Assembly (NCBI GenBank): GCA_016785955.1
Contig: JAEUWH010000086.1
Span: forward strand, 13,561 to 77,560
Direction: 5' to 3'
DNA from: Pseudobdellovibrionaceae bacterium
GTDB taxonomy: Bacteria > Bdellovibrionota > Bdellovibrionia > Bdellovibrionales > Bdellovibrionaceae
DNA length: 64,000 nt
The first letter of the stretch is position 1. Every line of letters starts with the position of its first letter. Of the stretch, positions 18,491-27,661 are shown piece after piece. A model generated the notes under the pieces. That model saw only the letters and a list, made by a program, of their open reading frames with translations. It ran no database searches and was not told the DNA's origin. A program made the position numbers and the translations under genes.

Positions 18491-19245
18491 TGCACAATGA
18501 AATCGATCCTTTCGAAGAATTTGAATTCAAACCAATTACGGATGGGCTTGGGTTTCACAGAAATCAAAAATCTCTAAATGAAAAATCCACAGCAACGGCC
18601 TCTCAACATCACACTCCCACACAACCGTTATTTTCAACTCCCTTGCCAAATAAAAAATCTCGATCAACGGAATCATTTGAGGCCCACGAATCATTGTCAC
18701 AAACTCACGACATTGTGGACGAAATCTTAAAAAACATCGAAACATCGAAACAAAAGGCGATTCCTCAATTTGAAGCTCCAAAAAGTGAACCCAAAATCAT
18801 CACGTCTCGAGTCGAACCAGTGTACAAACCCTCAGGTCCGCTTTTGACGGCAATGTTGCTCGACTTGATGCTTGTGGTGGCATCAACATTATTGTTCTTA
18901 GTGGCTTTGCTGGCGATTACAAAAATCGACCTTCTTCAAAATATAAAAAACCCAGACGAACAAGGGTCTGTTTATATTTCCATGTTCCTGCTGTTCTGCA
19001 GTGTTGGCTTCATGTACTATGTCTGTTTCCGCGCATTCTTGGGTTACACCCCGGGTGAGTGGGCATACGATCAAAAAATTTTCCTTCGCGGGGGAAAAGT
19101 TGATTTTTTAAACTTAACCAAGATCGCCCTTAGAAGCGTCCTGATAATCATCACGGGAGGCTTTATCGTTCCATTGATTTCATGGGCCTTTGACAAAGAT
19201 ATCATTGGAAACTTTTTAGACCTTCCTTTGGTACGCAGAAAATAA
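18490..19245 (+). CDS. RDD-family-like membrane protein with a disordered N-terminus
   Basis: GGAGG RBS and a TAATG overlap. The C-terminal half has 3 TM segments and FRAFLGYTPGEWAYDQKI, resembling the RDD family. Confidence 0.5.
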   Translation: MHNEIDPFEEFEFKPITDGLGFHRNQKSLNEKSTATASQHHTPTQPLFSTPLPNKKSRSTESFEAHESLSQTHDIVDEILKNIETSKQKAIPQFEAPKSEPKIITSRVEPVYKPSGPLLTAMLLDLMLVVASTLLFLVALLAITKIDLLQNIKNPDEQGSVYISMFLLFCSVGFMYYVCFRAFLGYTPGEWAYDQKIFLRGGKVDFLNLTKIALRSVLIIITGGFIVPLISWAFDKDIIGNFLDLPLVRRK

Positions 19246-19716
19246 ATGGGGCAGTTTTACACAGAATCCTCGACCCTAATCGAAAAACTAAGCTCTATTC
19301 GCAAAAATAAAAAAATAGTTTTCACAAATGGCTGTTTCGATCTTTTACATATCGGCCACGTAAAATACTTAAAAGAAGCCAAATCCAAAGGTGATTTCTT
19401 AATTGTCGGAATCAATTCCGACGCATCCGTGAGACGCTTAAAAGGCCCCACCCGCCCTATACAAAATGAGTCCGACCGTTCTGAAATTCTTGCAGCGCTA
19501 GAAGCCGTGGATGCAACAGTTGTTTTCACAGAAGACACCCCCGAGTTACTTATCAAGTCTTTAAAACCAGATATTCTTGTGAAAGGCGGCGATTGGAAAA
19601 TCAGCCAAATCGTCGGCGGTGATTTTGTACAAAGCTATGGCGGTCAAGTGCTGTCGCTTATGTTTATCGATGGAAAATCAACCACGAATATTGTTTCCAA
19701 AATCGAAAAATCTTAG
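19246..19716 (+). CDS. rfaE2: D-glycero-beta-D-manno-heptose 1-phosphate adenylyltransferase (RfaE domain II / HldC type cytidylyltransferase fold)
   Basis: VFTNGCFDLLHIGHVKYL, LIVGINSDASVRRLKG..RPI and PDILVKGGDW. Confidence 0.9.
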   Translation: MGQFYTESSTLIEKLSSIRKNKKIVFTNGCFDLLHIGHVKYLKEAKSKGDFLIVGINSDASVRRLKGPTRPIQNESDRSEILAALEAVDATVVFTEDTPELLIKSLKPDILVKGGDWKISQIVGGDFVQSYGGQVLSLMFIDGKSTTNIVSKIEKS

Positions 19717-19750
19717 CTAATACCGATAACAGCTCTAGACCAAAAAAATT

Positions 19751-20566
19751 CTAAAACCTTTTACTGATCTTCAGAGCAAATGACTCTTCATAAAATCGTT
19801 CAGTATGAATCCCAACTTGAAAGGATTGAAAATCATACGAGACTCCCCCAAAAACACGGTTCTGCGCAAAGTCCTCGGTGGCGGTCATATTATCGTCAGT
19901 AAGACCATTGTTACCACCAATAAATGTTCCAATAATTCGTGTCTGCCCAAAGCCCGCATAAAATGACCAATATTTTTGATAATAATTTACAACAAGATCC
20001 ATACCGACGCTTTGAATTCCCAACAAATTGGCAAAATTAATCCCGCCACCATGTAGCAGATAATCAACTGTAATAGGCAATCGCTCGTCCTCATAAAATG
20101 AATAGCGCAAAGAACCACTATAACCTGACATTTCAGTTTGCAGAAAAAACGGAATGAATTGAAATGAAATTTCAATATTATGATAAAATCCCTTTGAAAT
20201 CCCTAGTCGTGCTAAAACACGATCTGGTTGGTTGATCGAGGTTAAACTCATTCTAGTAATTTCAGAAAATGGAATAGACTCTAATTGTGACGAAAACTCG
20301 ACTCCATCATAGCCCCCCAGTAGGTAGCCGTTGGAAATAAATTTTGTTGTTCCCGCGAAACCAATTTTCTGCATGATAATTTTACGCTCGCCCGAGTCCA
20401 GCCCATTAGGCAATTGCAGATAAGCCCAACTAGGCCCAGCCGATAACAGTATCCAAAAAATTATTGTAAAGTAAAAATTAAGGGGTTTTAGAAATCTGAG
20501 ACAACTGCTGTGACAGAGCCGCTCCCAAACTTGCAATAGTTTGGTCAGGATTTGATTTAAGAGCAT
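19751..20566 (-). CDS. Putative outer-membrane beta-barrel protein (start uncertain)
   Basis: C-terminal ...ALKISKRF ends in an aromatic residue, with alternating hydrophobic strands. A hydrophobic signal-like stretch FYFTIIFWILLSAGPSWA is present. The ATG at 20566 overlaps the upstream gene end (20478), and no clean start lies closer. Confidence 0.5.
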   Translation of the reverse strand: MLLNQILTKLLQVWERLCHSSCLRFLKPLNFYFTIIFWILLSAGPSWAYLQLPNGLDSGERKIIMQKIGFAGTTKFISNGYLLGGYDGVEFSSQLESIPFSEITRMSLTSINQPDRVLARLGISKGFYHNIEISFQFIPFFLQTEMSGYSGSLRYSFYEDERLPITVDYLLHGGGINFANLLGIQSVGMDLVVNYYQKYWSFYAGFGQTRIIGTFIGGNNGLTDDNMTATEDFAQNRVFGGVSYDFQSFQVGIHTERFYEESFALKISKRF

Positions 20567-21545
20567 CCGCGATTGGCAAGAAGTACCCCAAAAAGCTTTC
20601 TGACTTAACTTCATTATTTCCCCGGTTACTACGAGCACCATAATCTATGGTTTGGCCTTTTTTGATATTTTGCAATCCAAAAATCACCAATTCTCCGGCC
20701 TTCGTTACGACTTTGATATCGCTTGACTGTAATGCCTGAGCTAAAACCGGCAGCTTAGATGGTTGATTGAATGAAGTCAAAAACTGATCCGAATACGTTT
20801 TCACTTCTGGGCTTAATTTATCTTGATTCGTCACTACCAAGGTGAACGACTCGACCGTCGGAATGTAATAGGCAACATAGACACCCACAGATTGCACTTG
20901 TGGTTTATCCGAAACCAACATTTTTCCCATGAAAGAATACACTTGGCTTATTTCAAATTCATTACTTTTTATCGCATTGACGAACGCTGTAATGCGCTCG
21001 GGTTTAGGATCTGTTAATAGATCGACAAATTCTGAAATGGATTTCTTTTTATTTTCATCGTCATTCTTAGTGGTATCATTCTTGTTGTTATTTTTATTTG
21101 TATTCTGATGACCTGACTGCGAATTCTGAGGGTTATAGCGTTGATAATAATTTTCATCAGATTCTGAATGCCTTGGACCAGATACATCTCGAGATACAAT
21201 ATTGACATCTAGACCTTTTTTCTTTTTATCGTCGGCTTTTGATTTTTCTTTTTTCTTATCCGCCGTCTTTTTGATAGGAACGAACTTAGGCGTGTTCATT
21301 CTATTGGTATCTTTGTGTAAGTCTTTTTTAACGAACGGGTTTTCAAATCGTGAATCTACCTCTCGACCATCTAAGGTAAACTCATTAATAACATCTTGTT
21401 GAGGACGGATCATCTCGAAAGAGATTTTATCCGCAGGGCTAATCTTACGTGGCTTGATGGTCATCATTTGATAAAACAAATAGACGAACACTAGCGCCAA
21501 GCTCGATCCGACCAAAATTTCCAGTTTATACTCTTTGAAAAACAT
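20478..21545 (-). CDS. Membrane-anchored protein with a Lys/Asn/Asp-rich low-complexity linker, function unknown
   Basis: The ATG has a GGAG RBS. The N-terminal TM is LEILVGSSLALVFVYLFYQMM. The linker is KKKEKSKADDKKKKG...NKNNNKNDTTKNDDENKKK. A globular C-terminal domain follows. Confidence 0.65.
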   Translation of the reverse strand: MFFKEYKLEILVGSSLALVFVYLFYQMMTIKPRKISPADKISFEMIRPQQDVINEFTLDGREVDSRFENPFVKKDLHKDTNRMNTPKFVPIKKTADKKKEKSKADDKKKKGLDVNIVSRDVSGPRHSESDENYYQRYNPQNSQSGHQNTNKNNNKNDTTKNDDENKKKSISEFVDLLTDPKPERITAFVNAIKSNEFEISQVYSFMGKMLVSDKPQVQSVGVYVAYYIPTVESFTLVVTNQDKLSPEVKTYSDQFLTSFNQPSKLPVLAQALQSSDIKVVTKAGELVIFGLQNIKKGQTIDYGARSNRGNNEVKSESFLGYFLPIADALKSNPDQTIASLGAALSQQLSQISKTP

Positions 21546-21551
21546 AAACTC

Positions 21552-21571
21552 CTCTTACTGGATAGTAAGAG
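21552..21571 (-). promoter_or_regulatory. 5'-UTR hairpin overlapping the Shine-Dalgarno of gene 20478..21545
   Basis: The minus strand reads CTCTTACT-ATCC-AGTAAGAG-GAGTTT-ATG. This is a perfect 8-bp stem whose 3' arm contains the AAGAG of AAGAGGAG. Confidence 0.5.
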
Positions 21572-21742
21572 CATGAACAGTGCCAGCATTTTGTTCATTT
21601 TGAGTCATAAACTGTATCATTTTAGAACTAAATATCATCTCAGACCAGGACAGTGACAAAAAGCGAATACAGCCACTTCGGCATCAGTTACCTATGAGTC
21701 AATACGAAGAGCCCACACCTACACCGATACTGTCTTAATTTT

Positions 21743-21816
21743 GATGCTTGATGCTTGATGCTTGATGCTTGATGCTTGATGCTTGATGCTTGATGCTTGA
21801 TGCTTGATGCTTGATG
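21743..21816. repeat. Perfect heptanucleotide tandem repeat (GATGCTT)x10 plus partial GATG
   Basis: Counted directly: 70 nt of exact 7-nt periodicity from 21743 to 21812, then GATG. It is intergenic. Confidence 0.98.
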
Positions 21817-21856
21817 AAAGAAAATAGCTTCCAAGTAGAAACATTTCAAACACTAT

Positions 21857-21887
21857 AAAAAAAAGCGTCCGATGAGGGACGCTTTTT
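21857..21887 (-). terminator. Rho-independent terminator of gene 21912..22292 (potentially bidirectional)
   Basis: AAAAAAA-AGCGTCC-gatgag-GGACGCT-TTTT. The stem is 7 bp. The minus strand reads a 7-U tail, and the hairpin starts 25 nt after the stop codon. Confidence 0.8.
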
Positions 21888-21911
21888 CACTCGCTCTCTA
21901 TAATTATAAAA

Positions 21912-22292
21912 CTAGTAGTTGAATTGGTAATGAACTTGTTCGTAAAGATCAGAACTAGTAGAGTGCATATAAACTTTAAAGTTATCAGCGCCCCATACGT
22001 TGATTTTTGAGTAGTCAACCCAGAAAGAACCTCTCATATCATGCTCTGAAGTGCCATATGTCGGCCAGTAATCTTGACCAACATAAAGCTTGATGCGGTC
22101 GCAACGATAGCTGTTGCTGAATTGAATTTCGCAACGATCGTTTTGTTTAGCATTACGTTGATCGGGGCAAACCAAACGAGTTGAACCACCGCAATGTGGT
22201 AAATAGGTCCAACGATTATAAGGTACATAAACTTCTGCCATTGCAGAAAAACCTACAACAGACATAACAAGAGCGGCTAATAACATTTTCAT
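21912..22292 (-). CDS. Small secreted 4-Cys, aromatic-rich protein, function unknown
   Basis: AAGGAG RBS. Signal peptide MKMLLAALVMSVVGFSAMA. The mature part has 4 Cys and many W/Y. It is followed by its own terminator. Confidence 0.7.
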   Translation of the reverse strand: MKMLLAALVMSVVGFSAMAEVYVPYNRWTYLPHCGGSTRLVCPDQRNAKQNDRCEIQFSNSYRCDRIKLYVGQDYWPTYGTSEHDMRGSFWVDYSKINVWGADNFKVYMHSTSSDLYEQVHYQFNY

Positions 22293-22558
22293 AAAATCTC
22301 CTTAATTTGGACAGAATGACTCTGCCATGGTTATTTTTAAATACGGAGATATGTAATAGCGAATTGTATACCAACTAAACAGGTGTCAAAAAAGGCCTCA
22401 ACAAAAAATAGAAAATGATAAAATCGAATTAAATAACACTACAAGTAGACTCATTAAAAAATCGACAAAAAATAGTCCTAAAAATTAAGCAGATTTATTA
22501 AAATATTTACAAATCTTTGGGATCATTACGCACCCAAACTCAAGGAACAAAAAAATCG

Positions 22559-23221
22559 CTACTTCTTTAATCCTTTAATCTTGGCCTTAGCTTTCTTAGC
22601 TTCAGCAGAAGCCGGAAATTTCGAAATGACCTCTTCATAAAAAGTTTTTGCTTCATCTTTCATTCCCAATTCACCAAAAGAATAGGCAATTCGGTAGGTA
22701 CTTTCAGCCACTTTTTTACCTTTGGGATTTTCATCACGGTATTTTTGATATTGAATGATCGCTTTTTTCCAGTCGGATTGTTTAAAATAATCATCGGCCA
22801 ATTGAAGAGGCGTTTTCTTTTCGACTTTCTCTTCGGCCGCTTTGGCACGTTCTGTTTTTAAAACCTCAATTTCTTGGGTCAATTGCTTAATCGTTGCATC
22901 CTGCTTAACCAGCTCTTCTTGATACGCAGACAATTTTTTACTAGCATCAGCCATTTGCTCATGCATGCCTTTCATATGCTTTTCTGAATCAGGATTTGGC
23001 TTACTGAGTTTGTTTTCTAGAACTTCTACTTTACCGTTCATCTCCCGAAGCTGCTCTTCAAGCTCGGCAATACGGTTGTTGGTATCAGCATTCGTTCGTT
23101 GCAACGTTGTCACTTGTTGGGCCATTACTTGCTTCGTCTCAACGTCCTTCACCTCACTGCGCGTTTTCAAGCATCCCATTAATGAAAGACCCAAAAACAA
23201 ACTGATAACCATTTTAATCAT
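22559..23221 (-). CDS. cpoB: Tol-Pal system protein CpoB (YbgF)
   Basis: Signal/lipobox-like N-terminus, a coiled coil, then C-terminal TPR YRIAYSFGELGMKDEAKTFYEEVISKFPAS. It lies downstream of pal. Confidence 0.8.
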   Translation of the reverse strand: MIKMVISLFLGLSLMGCLKTRSEVKDVETKQVMAQQVTTLQRTNADTNNRIAELEEQLREMNGKVEVLENKLSKPNPDSEKHMKGMHEQMADASKKLSAYQEELVKQDATIKQLTQEIEVLKTERAKAAEEKVEKKTPLQLADDYFKQSDWKKAIIQYQKYRDENPKGKKVAESTYRIAYSFGELGMKDEAKTFYEEVISKFPASAEAKKAKAKIKGLKK

Positions 23222-23529
23222 AGCACTTCTCCACTGCGAAAGCGTTTTAAGCGAGCAGAGTTTTCCGCCTTTTCTGCCGCTTTTCTGGCCTCGATAAACT
23301 CTAACCTAGCTTCATCAAAACTTTCTTCTTTATATAAAACTCGCGCTTTCTTATATGACTCTTCAGCTTGATGCCAAAACCCAGCAGAGTATTTGGCCGC
23401 CTGAACAGCGCGAGCCGAATCAAACGCCGCTCGCGCCAGCACCCACTCCTCGACAGGCGGTTCTACGGTCTGACATCCGACGATGAAAAAACAGCTCAAA
23501 AGACCTATGAATAATAATCGTTTAATCAT
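23218..23529 (-). CDS. DUF4398-like lipoprotein
   Basis: Lipobox FFIVGC. Helical AAFDSARAVQAAKYSAGFWHQAEESYKKA. ATGA overlap with cpoB. Confidence 0.6.
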   Translation of the reverse strand: MIKRLLFIGLLSCFFIVGCQTVEPPVEEWVLARAAFDSARAVQAAKYSAGFWHQAEESYKKARVLYKEESFDEARLEFIEARKAAEKAENSARLKRFRSGEVL

Positions 23530-23532
23530 TTC

Positions 23533-24066
23533 CTACATTGCAGAAGGGACAAAGTTAGCGCGGCGGTTTTTCTTCCATGCCGATTCACTTTCCGAAGAAA
23601 CTAGAGGCTTCTCTTCACCATAACTAATGGTTGCTAAGCGGTTACCCGATAATCCCAAACTGACCATGTAATCTTTTACAGTGTTAGCACGGCGTTCACC
23701 CAAAGCAACGTTGTATTCGATTGAACCGCGGTTATCACAGTGACCTTCAATTTGTACTTTAGTATTCGCATTCTTTTTCATCCAATCCACATTGCCTTGG
23801 ATCGTTCTTTTTGCTTCAGCCGATAAAGTTGATTTATCATAGTCGAAAAACACTGTTTTCAAACCATCAATTTTGCCACTATCCGATCCTGCTGGGTCAA
23901 ATGACATAGCCGTAGAATCAATAGCCGGACTTTCTTGAGTGCCGGTTGTATTTTCTGTCGGAGTCGTTTCTTCATTTGGTTTTTCTTCTTTACCTCGGCA
24001 ACTGATAAACGAACCTGCGATAGCCAAAATAGCGATGAATTTAGTGATATTTTTCAGTGTACTCAT
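23533..24066 (-). CDS. pal: Peptidoglycan-associated lipoprotein Pal
   Basis: The ATG at 24066 follows a GGAG RBS. Lipobox GSFISC. OmpA-like VQIEGHCDNRGSIEYNVALGERRANTV. Confidence 0.9.
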   Translation of the reverse strand: MSTLKNITKFIAILAIAGSFISCRGKEEKPNEETTPTENTTGTQESPAIDSTAMSFDPAGSDSGKIDGLKTVFFDYDKSTLSAEAKRTIQGNVDWMKKNANTKVQIEGHCDNRGSIEYNVALGERRANTVKDYMVSLGLSGNRLATISYGEEKPLVSSESESAWKKNRRANFVPSAM

Positions 24067-24160
24067 GTGATTTCTCCTCATCTGCAATAAAATCTATTGC
24101 ATGGCTTCTAAAAGTCAAACGAGTTTGATGTTGCAACGCTTTAGGTATTACCCTTAGAAG

Positions 24161-27082
24161 ATGCCAAAAATATTTTTATCACTTCTGTTTGTTACTTTTC
24201 TTGCTCATAGTTTTGAAGTTCCACCACGACTTCGTTTCAAGACGATTGAAACACCTCATTTTTATGTTGTTGTTGACGAAAAAAAATTGGACGTCGGTTT
24301 TTTTGTCGCGGGTACTCTGGAAAAAGCCTATAAATCTCTTGATCCATTTTTTTCCCAAAAGCCAAAAAAGACAACCGTTGTAGTTAACGATCGTACCGAT
24401 CTGACTAATGGCTATGCAACGCGCATCCCTTATCCTCACATTATGATTTATCCCGTATTGCCGAATACCAATGAAAGTTTAGCAGATTACGGCGACTGGG
24501 CATTTGAATTATTGGCTCATGAATATGCACATATTCTGACCTTTGAGGGATCACGTGGATTTTATCGTTATCTTCGACCAATTTTTGGTTCGATCATTTC
24601 CCCTAACGGGTTGATGCCACGTTGGTGGAAAGAAGGCGTTTCTGTCTATCTGGAAACTCAGCTATCTAACGGGGGACGTCTTCGCTCGAACTATCAAGAA
24701 TCCGTACTCAGGTCTTTCGTCTTAAACGACACGCTCAGTGATTTCAAAATTTTTGAAATTAACGAATTTTTACCCACTTGGCCCGAAGGCAATCGCCCGT
24801 ATCTGTTTGGTTCCCTGATCTGGAGCCAAATGGCGCAAGAAGAATCACCCGAGATCGTCAAGCAACTTCATGATCGCCAAGCTGGTCGTGTTCCATTTTT
24901 CATCAATACTCCCGCTGAAGACTACTTAGGCAGCGATTATGAAAAGTTTTTTGAAGACACTTTATTTATTGTTGAAGAAAAAATTTTACATCAGATCGAT
25001 ATTATCAAACAGCTTCCCGAGACTATTGCCCAAACGCTGGACAACAAAGCCAAATACTCTTCAAGCCCTGCCATCAGTTTTGACGGAAAATATATGGCGT
25101 ATTTAGCTGTGTCTAGGCGAGATGTAAAAGAAGTCAAAATTATTGATAAGAATAAAAACAATAATTTTGTAATTATGGACCCCAGCCAAATTGAAAACGC
25201 AAATCAAATTGACGATATTTATAATGAATCCGAAGACGACCAGCACTCTAACGATGGCCCCATTGCGGGAAATATTCAACGGATCACTTGGCTGCCCAAA
25301 AGCTACAAAATTATCTATGACAAAATTGATTCTTTTAGCCCCTCCGAGTCTTTTTCCGATCTTTTTCTGTTTGATTTTAATACAAAAAAAACCGAGCGTT
25401 TAACCATCGGCGAACGTGTACGCGAAGCCTCTCCATCTCCAGATGGCGAGAACGTCGTTTTCGTCAAGTTGGACGCCTTAAAAACCAAACTTGGAATTTT
25501 AAACCTAAAAACCAAGAAATCTACGCTTGTGTGGGCGGGACAACTGCAAGAACGTATTTCGCATCCGTCCTATCTGGATGCGAATACGATTATCTTTTCT
25601 CTTCGAAAGCCCTCAACAGAAGAAGGCTTGTACACCTTGGATATCGGCACAGGTTCCGTCAAGCCAATGCTGCCTGATTTTCCCGAAAGTCGTTATCCCA
25701 CGGTCGTTGGTTCTTACTTGTATTTCTCATCGACTAAAAATGGTATCCGCAATATCTACGTAAATAACTTAAAAGATGGTTCTACTCAGGCTGTCACTCA
25801 TATTTACACGGGTTCATTTTCCTACGCGCTAGATCCTTTGACTCGAGATATGTACTACACCAAATTGACAGGAAAAGGGCCTCAGGTTCTTTTTTCTAGC
25901 CATGCAGATTTGACTAAAACACCATCGGAACTTCCTAAAATCAACAAGCTTTACGCTTCACAATTTCCAGACAAACCCAAAAACACCCCCACCACAGAGA
26001 CACGTGGTAACTATCCAGTTCGCGATTATTCTCCGTATTCATACTTATGGCCACAATATTGGATACCCTTCGTAGCGACATCTTCAAATGACAATCGATT
26101 TTTATTGCAAGCACAAACCAGCGGTTTTGATCCTTTGAAAAAACATATGTATTCGTTAGATTTAATTTTTGACTCAGCCACCGGGAAGACATCGATCGAT
26201 GGTACTTATTTGAACCAAATATATCCTACTAAATTTGGCTTTATTTATAACGAATACACCACGTACTTTGTATATGCCTCAAATGCGGCCACGTATTCTA
26301 CACGATCTGTTTTTGCTCAGCCCAGCGTATGGCACATGAACAAAAATATGAATCTGCAAATTGCAGCTAAACAAATTAGTACACGCACCCAAAGCACAAA
26401 TATAAATCGCGAAGGCGCCAGCTTCTTATTTTCATACACAGACATCGAAACCACTTCGGCCTTATCCTCCCCTTTTGAAGGGCAAAGTTACTATTTGGGG
26501 ATGAATCAGTATTTTAAAAATGCGGACAATGTTCAACAAACGCAGTTCTTACTAGGCACATCTCAGTATTGGCCAGATTGGTTAGTAGAAAACCATGTTG
26601 TGTATTTTAAACTAGATGCTTTATATTCCAGTGATCGTATTCATCCCATTGTCGGAGCCGTCACCAATTCACTTTTACTGCAGCAAGACCCATTGAATCC
26701 GTATTTTTTGATGAGAGGCTACCTTCAAGGTCAATTCGTTGGGGAAACTCTTATTAACCCTAAACTAGAATATCGTTTCCCTATGCGCGAAATTAATCGA
26801 GGAAACTCAACCCATCCTATCTATCTAAAACGTCTACATGGCGCATTTGTCACGGATGGTGTTTTTCTTGATGGTCGCGCATTCCATCAAAAAGACAATC
26901 GTTTTGTTACAGTTTCGACAAACCAAAGTTTTTGGAATTTTGGCTTTGAATTCCGCTTTGATATGAATTTAGCATATCAAATGCCACTGACCGCTATCGT
27001 TGGAATTTACAATCCGCTCAGTGGTTCTTACGCGGCTACGTCGTCAGCAACAACCCATTTTCAGATCGGAACCTTCTTTTAA
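24161..27082 (+). CDS. Large secreted/outer-membrane protein: Peptidase_MA-like HExxH domain, then PD40/TolB-like propeller repeats, then a C-terminal beta-barrel
   Basis: Signal peptide. LLAHEYAHIL followed by RWWKEGVSVYLE. TolB-like repeats SPAISFDGKYMAYLAV and ASPSPDGENVVFVK. The C-terminus alternates strands and ends in ...HFQIGTFF. Confidence 0.65.
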   Translation: MPKIFLSLLFVTFLAHSFEVPPRLRFKTIETPHFYVVVDEKKLDVGFFVAGTLEKAYKSLDPFFSQKPKKTTVVVNDRTDLTNGYATRIPYPHIMIYPVLPNTNESLADYGDWAFELLAHEYAHILTFEGSRGFYRYLRPIFGSIISPNGLMPRWWKEGVSVYLETQLSNGGRLRSNYQESVLRSFVLNDTLSDFKIFEINEFLPTWPEGNRPYLFGSLIWSQMAQEESPEIVKQLHDRQAGRVPFFINTPAEDYLGSDYEKFFEDTLFIVEEKILHQIDIIKQLPETIAQTLDNKAKYSSSPAISFDGKYMAYLAVSRRDVKEVKIIDKNKNNNFVIMDPSQIENANQIDDIYNESEDDQHSNDGPIAGNIQRITWLPKSYKIIYDKIDSFSPSESFSDLFLFDFNTKKTERLTIGERVREASPSPDGENVVFVKLDALKTKLGILNLKTKKSTLVWAGQLQERISHPSYLDANTIIFSLRKPSTEEGLYTLDIGTGSVKPMLPDFPESRYPTVVGSYLYFSSTKNGIRNIYVNNLKDGSTQAVTHIYTGSFSYALDPLTRDMYYTKLTGKGPQVLFSSHADLTKTPSELPKINKLYASQFPDKPKNTPTTETRGNYPVRDYSPYSYLWPQYWIPFVATSSNDNRFLLQAQTSGFDPLKKHMYSLDLIFDSATGKTSIDGTYLNQIYPTKFGFIYNEYTTYFVYASNAATYSTRSVFAQPSVWHMNKNMNLQIAAKQISTRTQSTNINREGASFLFSYTDIETTSALSSPFEGQSYYLGMNQYFKNADNVQQTQFLLGTSQYWPDWLVENHVVYFKLDALYSSDRIHPIVGAVTNSLLLQQDPLNPYFLMRGYLQGQFVGETLINPKLEYRFPMREINRGNSTHPIYLKRLHGAFVTDGVFLDGRAFHQKDNRFVTVSTNQSFWNFGFEFRFDMNLAYQMPLTAIVGIYNPLSGSYAATSSATTHFQIGTFF

Positions 27083-27151
27083 ACTCGTTTGAATATTCTT
27101 TTATGTTGCAAGGGTTTGCGGCAATAGAGATACTATAACCGTGGAGGTTCT

Positions 27152-27661
27152 ATGAATCAGATGGAATGGATTAAGGAACTTATTGATTCAGAAAATAAAA
27201 TTTTAGAATCTGGTGTTGTCGACACCAATCCTGAATATCGGAAACAACGTTTAGTTGTAAAATCCACCTTAGATTTATTGTTAGATCTGAAAGCTCGTTT
27301 TACCGAAACAACACAAATGTACAACGAACTAAAACCAACACCACAAAGTAAAATTAAAATCTACACGATTGCGCAAACACATTCTGATTTCATGCTATTC
27401 CGAAACGGCTATAAAATGATATTCACGATGAAAGAGCCCGGCGTCATCGAAATTAGATTCAATTTTATTGGTTCACAGTTAATAAGCTCTATCCACAGTA
27501 TCGAATCAAAAGTAAACTCAAAAATTTTCGATGATCAAAAACTGCAACTCCAAGTAAAACCTTTCGATGAAGTGACTTGGACATTTAATGGCTCCGAGTT
27601 TAAAGCCGAGTATTTGGTTAAGTACTACCTAAATCTTTTCGTGCGAGAAAGCTTGAACTAA
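27152..27661 (+). CDS. Hypothetical protein
   Basis: GGAGG RBS and coding-like composition. The 3' end overlaps the convergent murF by 33 nt. Confidence 0.55.
   Translation: MNQMEWIKELIDSENKILESGVVDTNPEYRKQRLVVKSTLDLLLDLKARFTETTQMYNELKPTPQSKIKIYTIAQTHSDFMLFRNGYKMIFTMKEPGVIEIRFNFIGSQLISSIHSIESKVNSKIFDDQKLQLQVKPFDEVTWTFNGSEFKAEYLVKYYLNLFVRESLN

Noticed and set aside
21743-21816. Whether the tandem repeat could be a CRISPR array or a coding repeat.
   Set aside because: The unit is 7 nt with no spacers. A 7-nt period cannot keep a frame, and the region lies between a terminator and a gene start.
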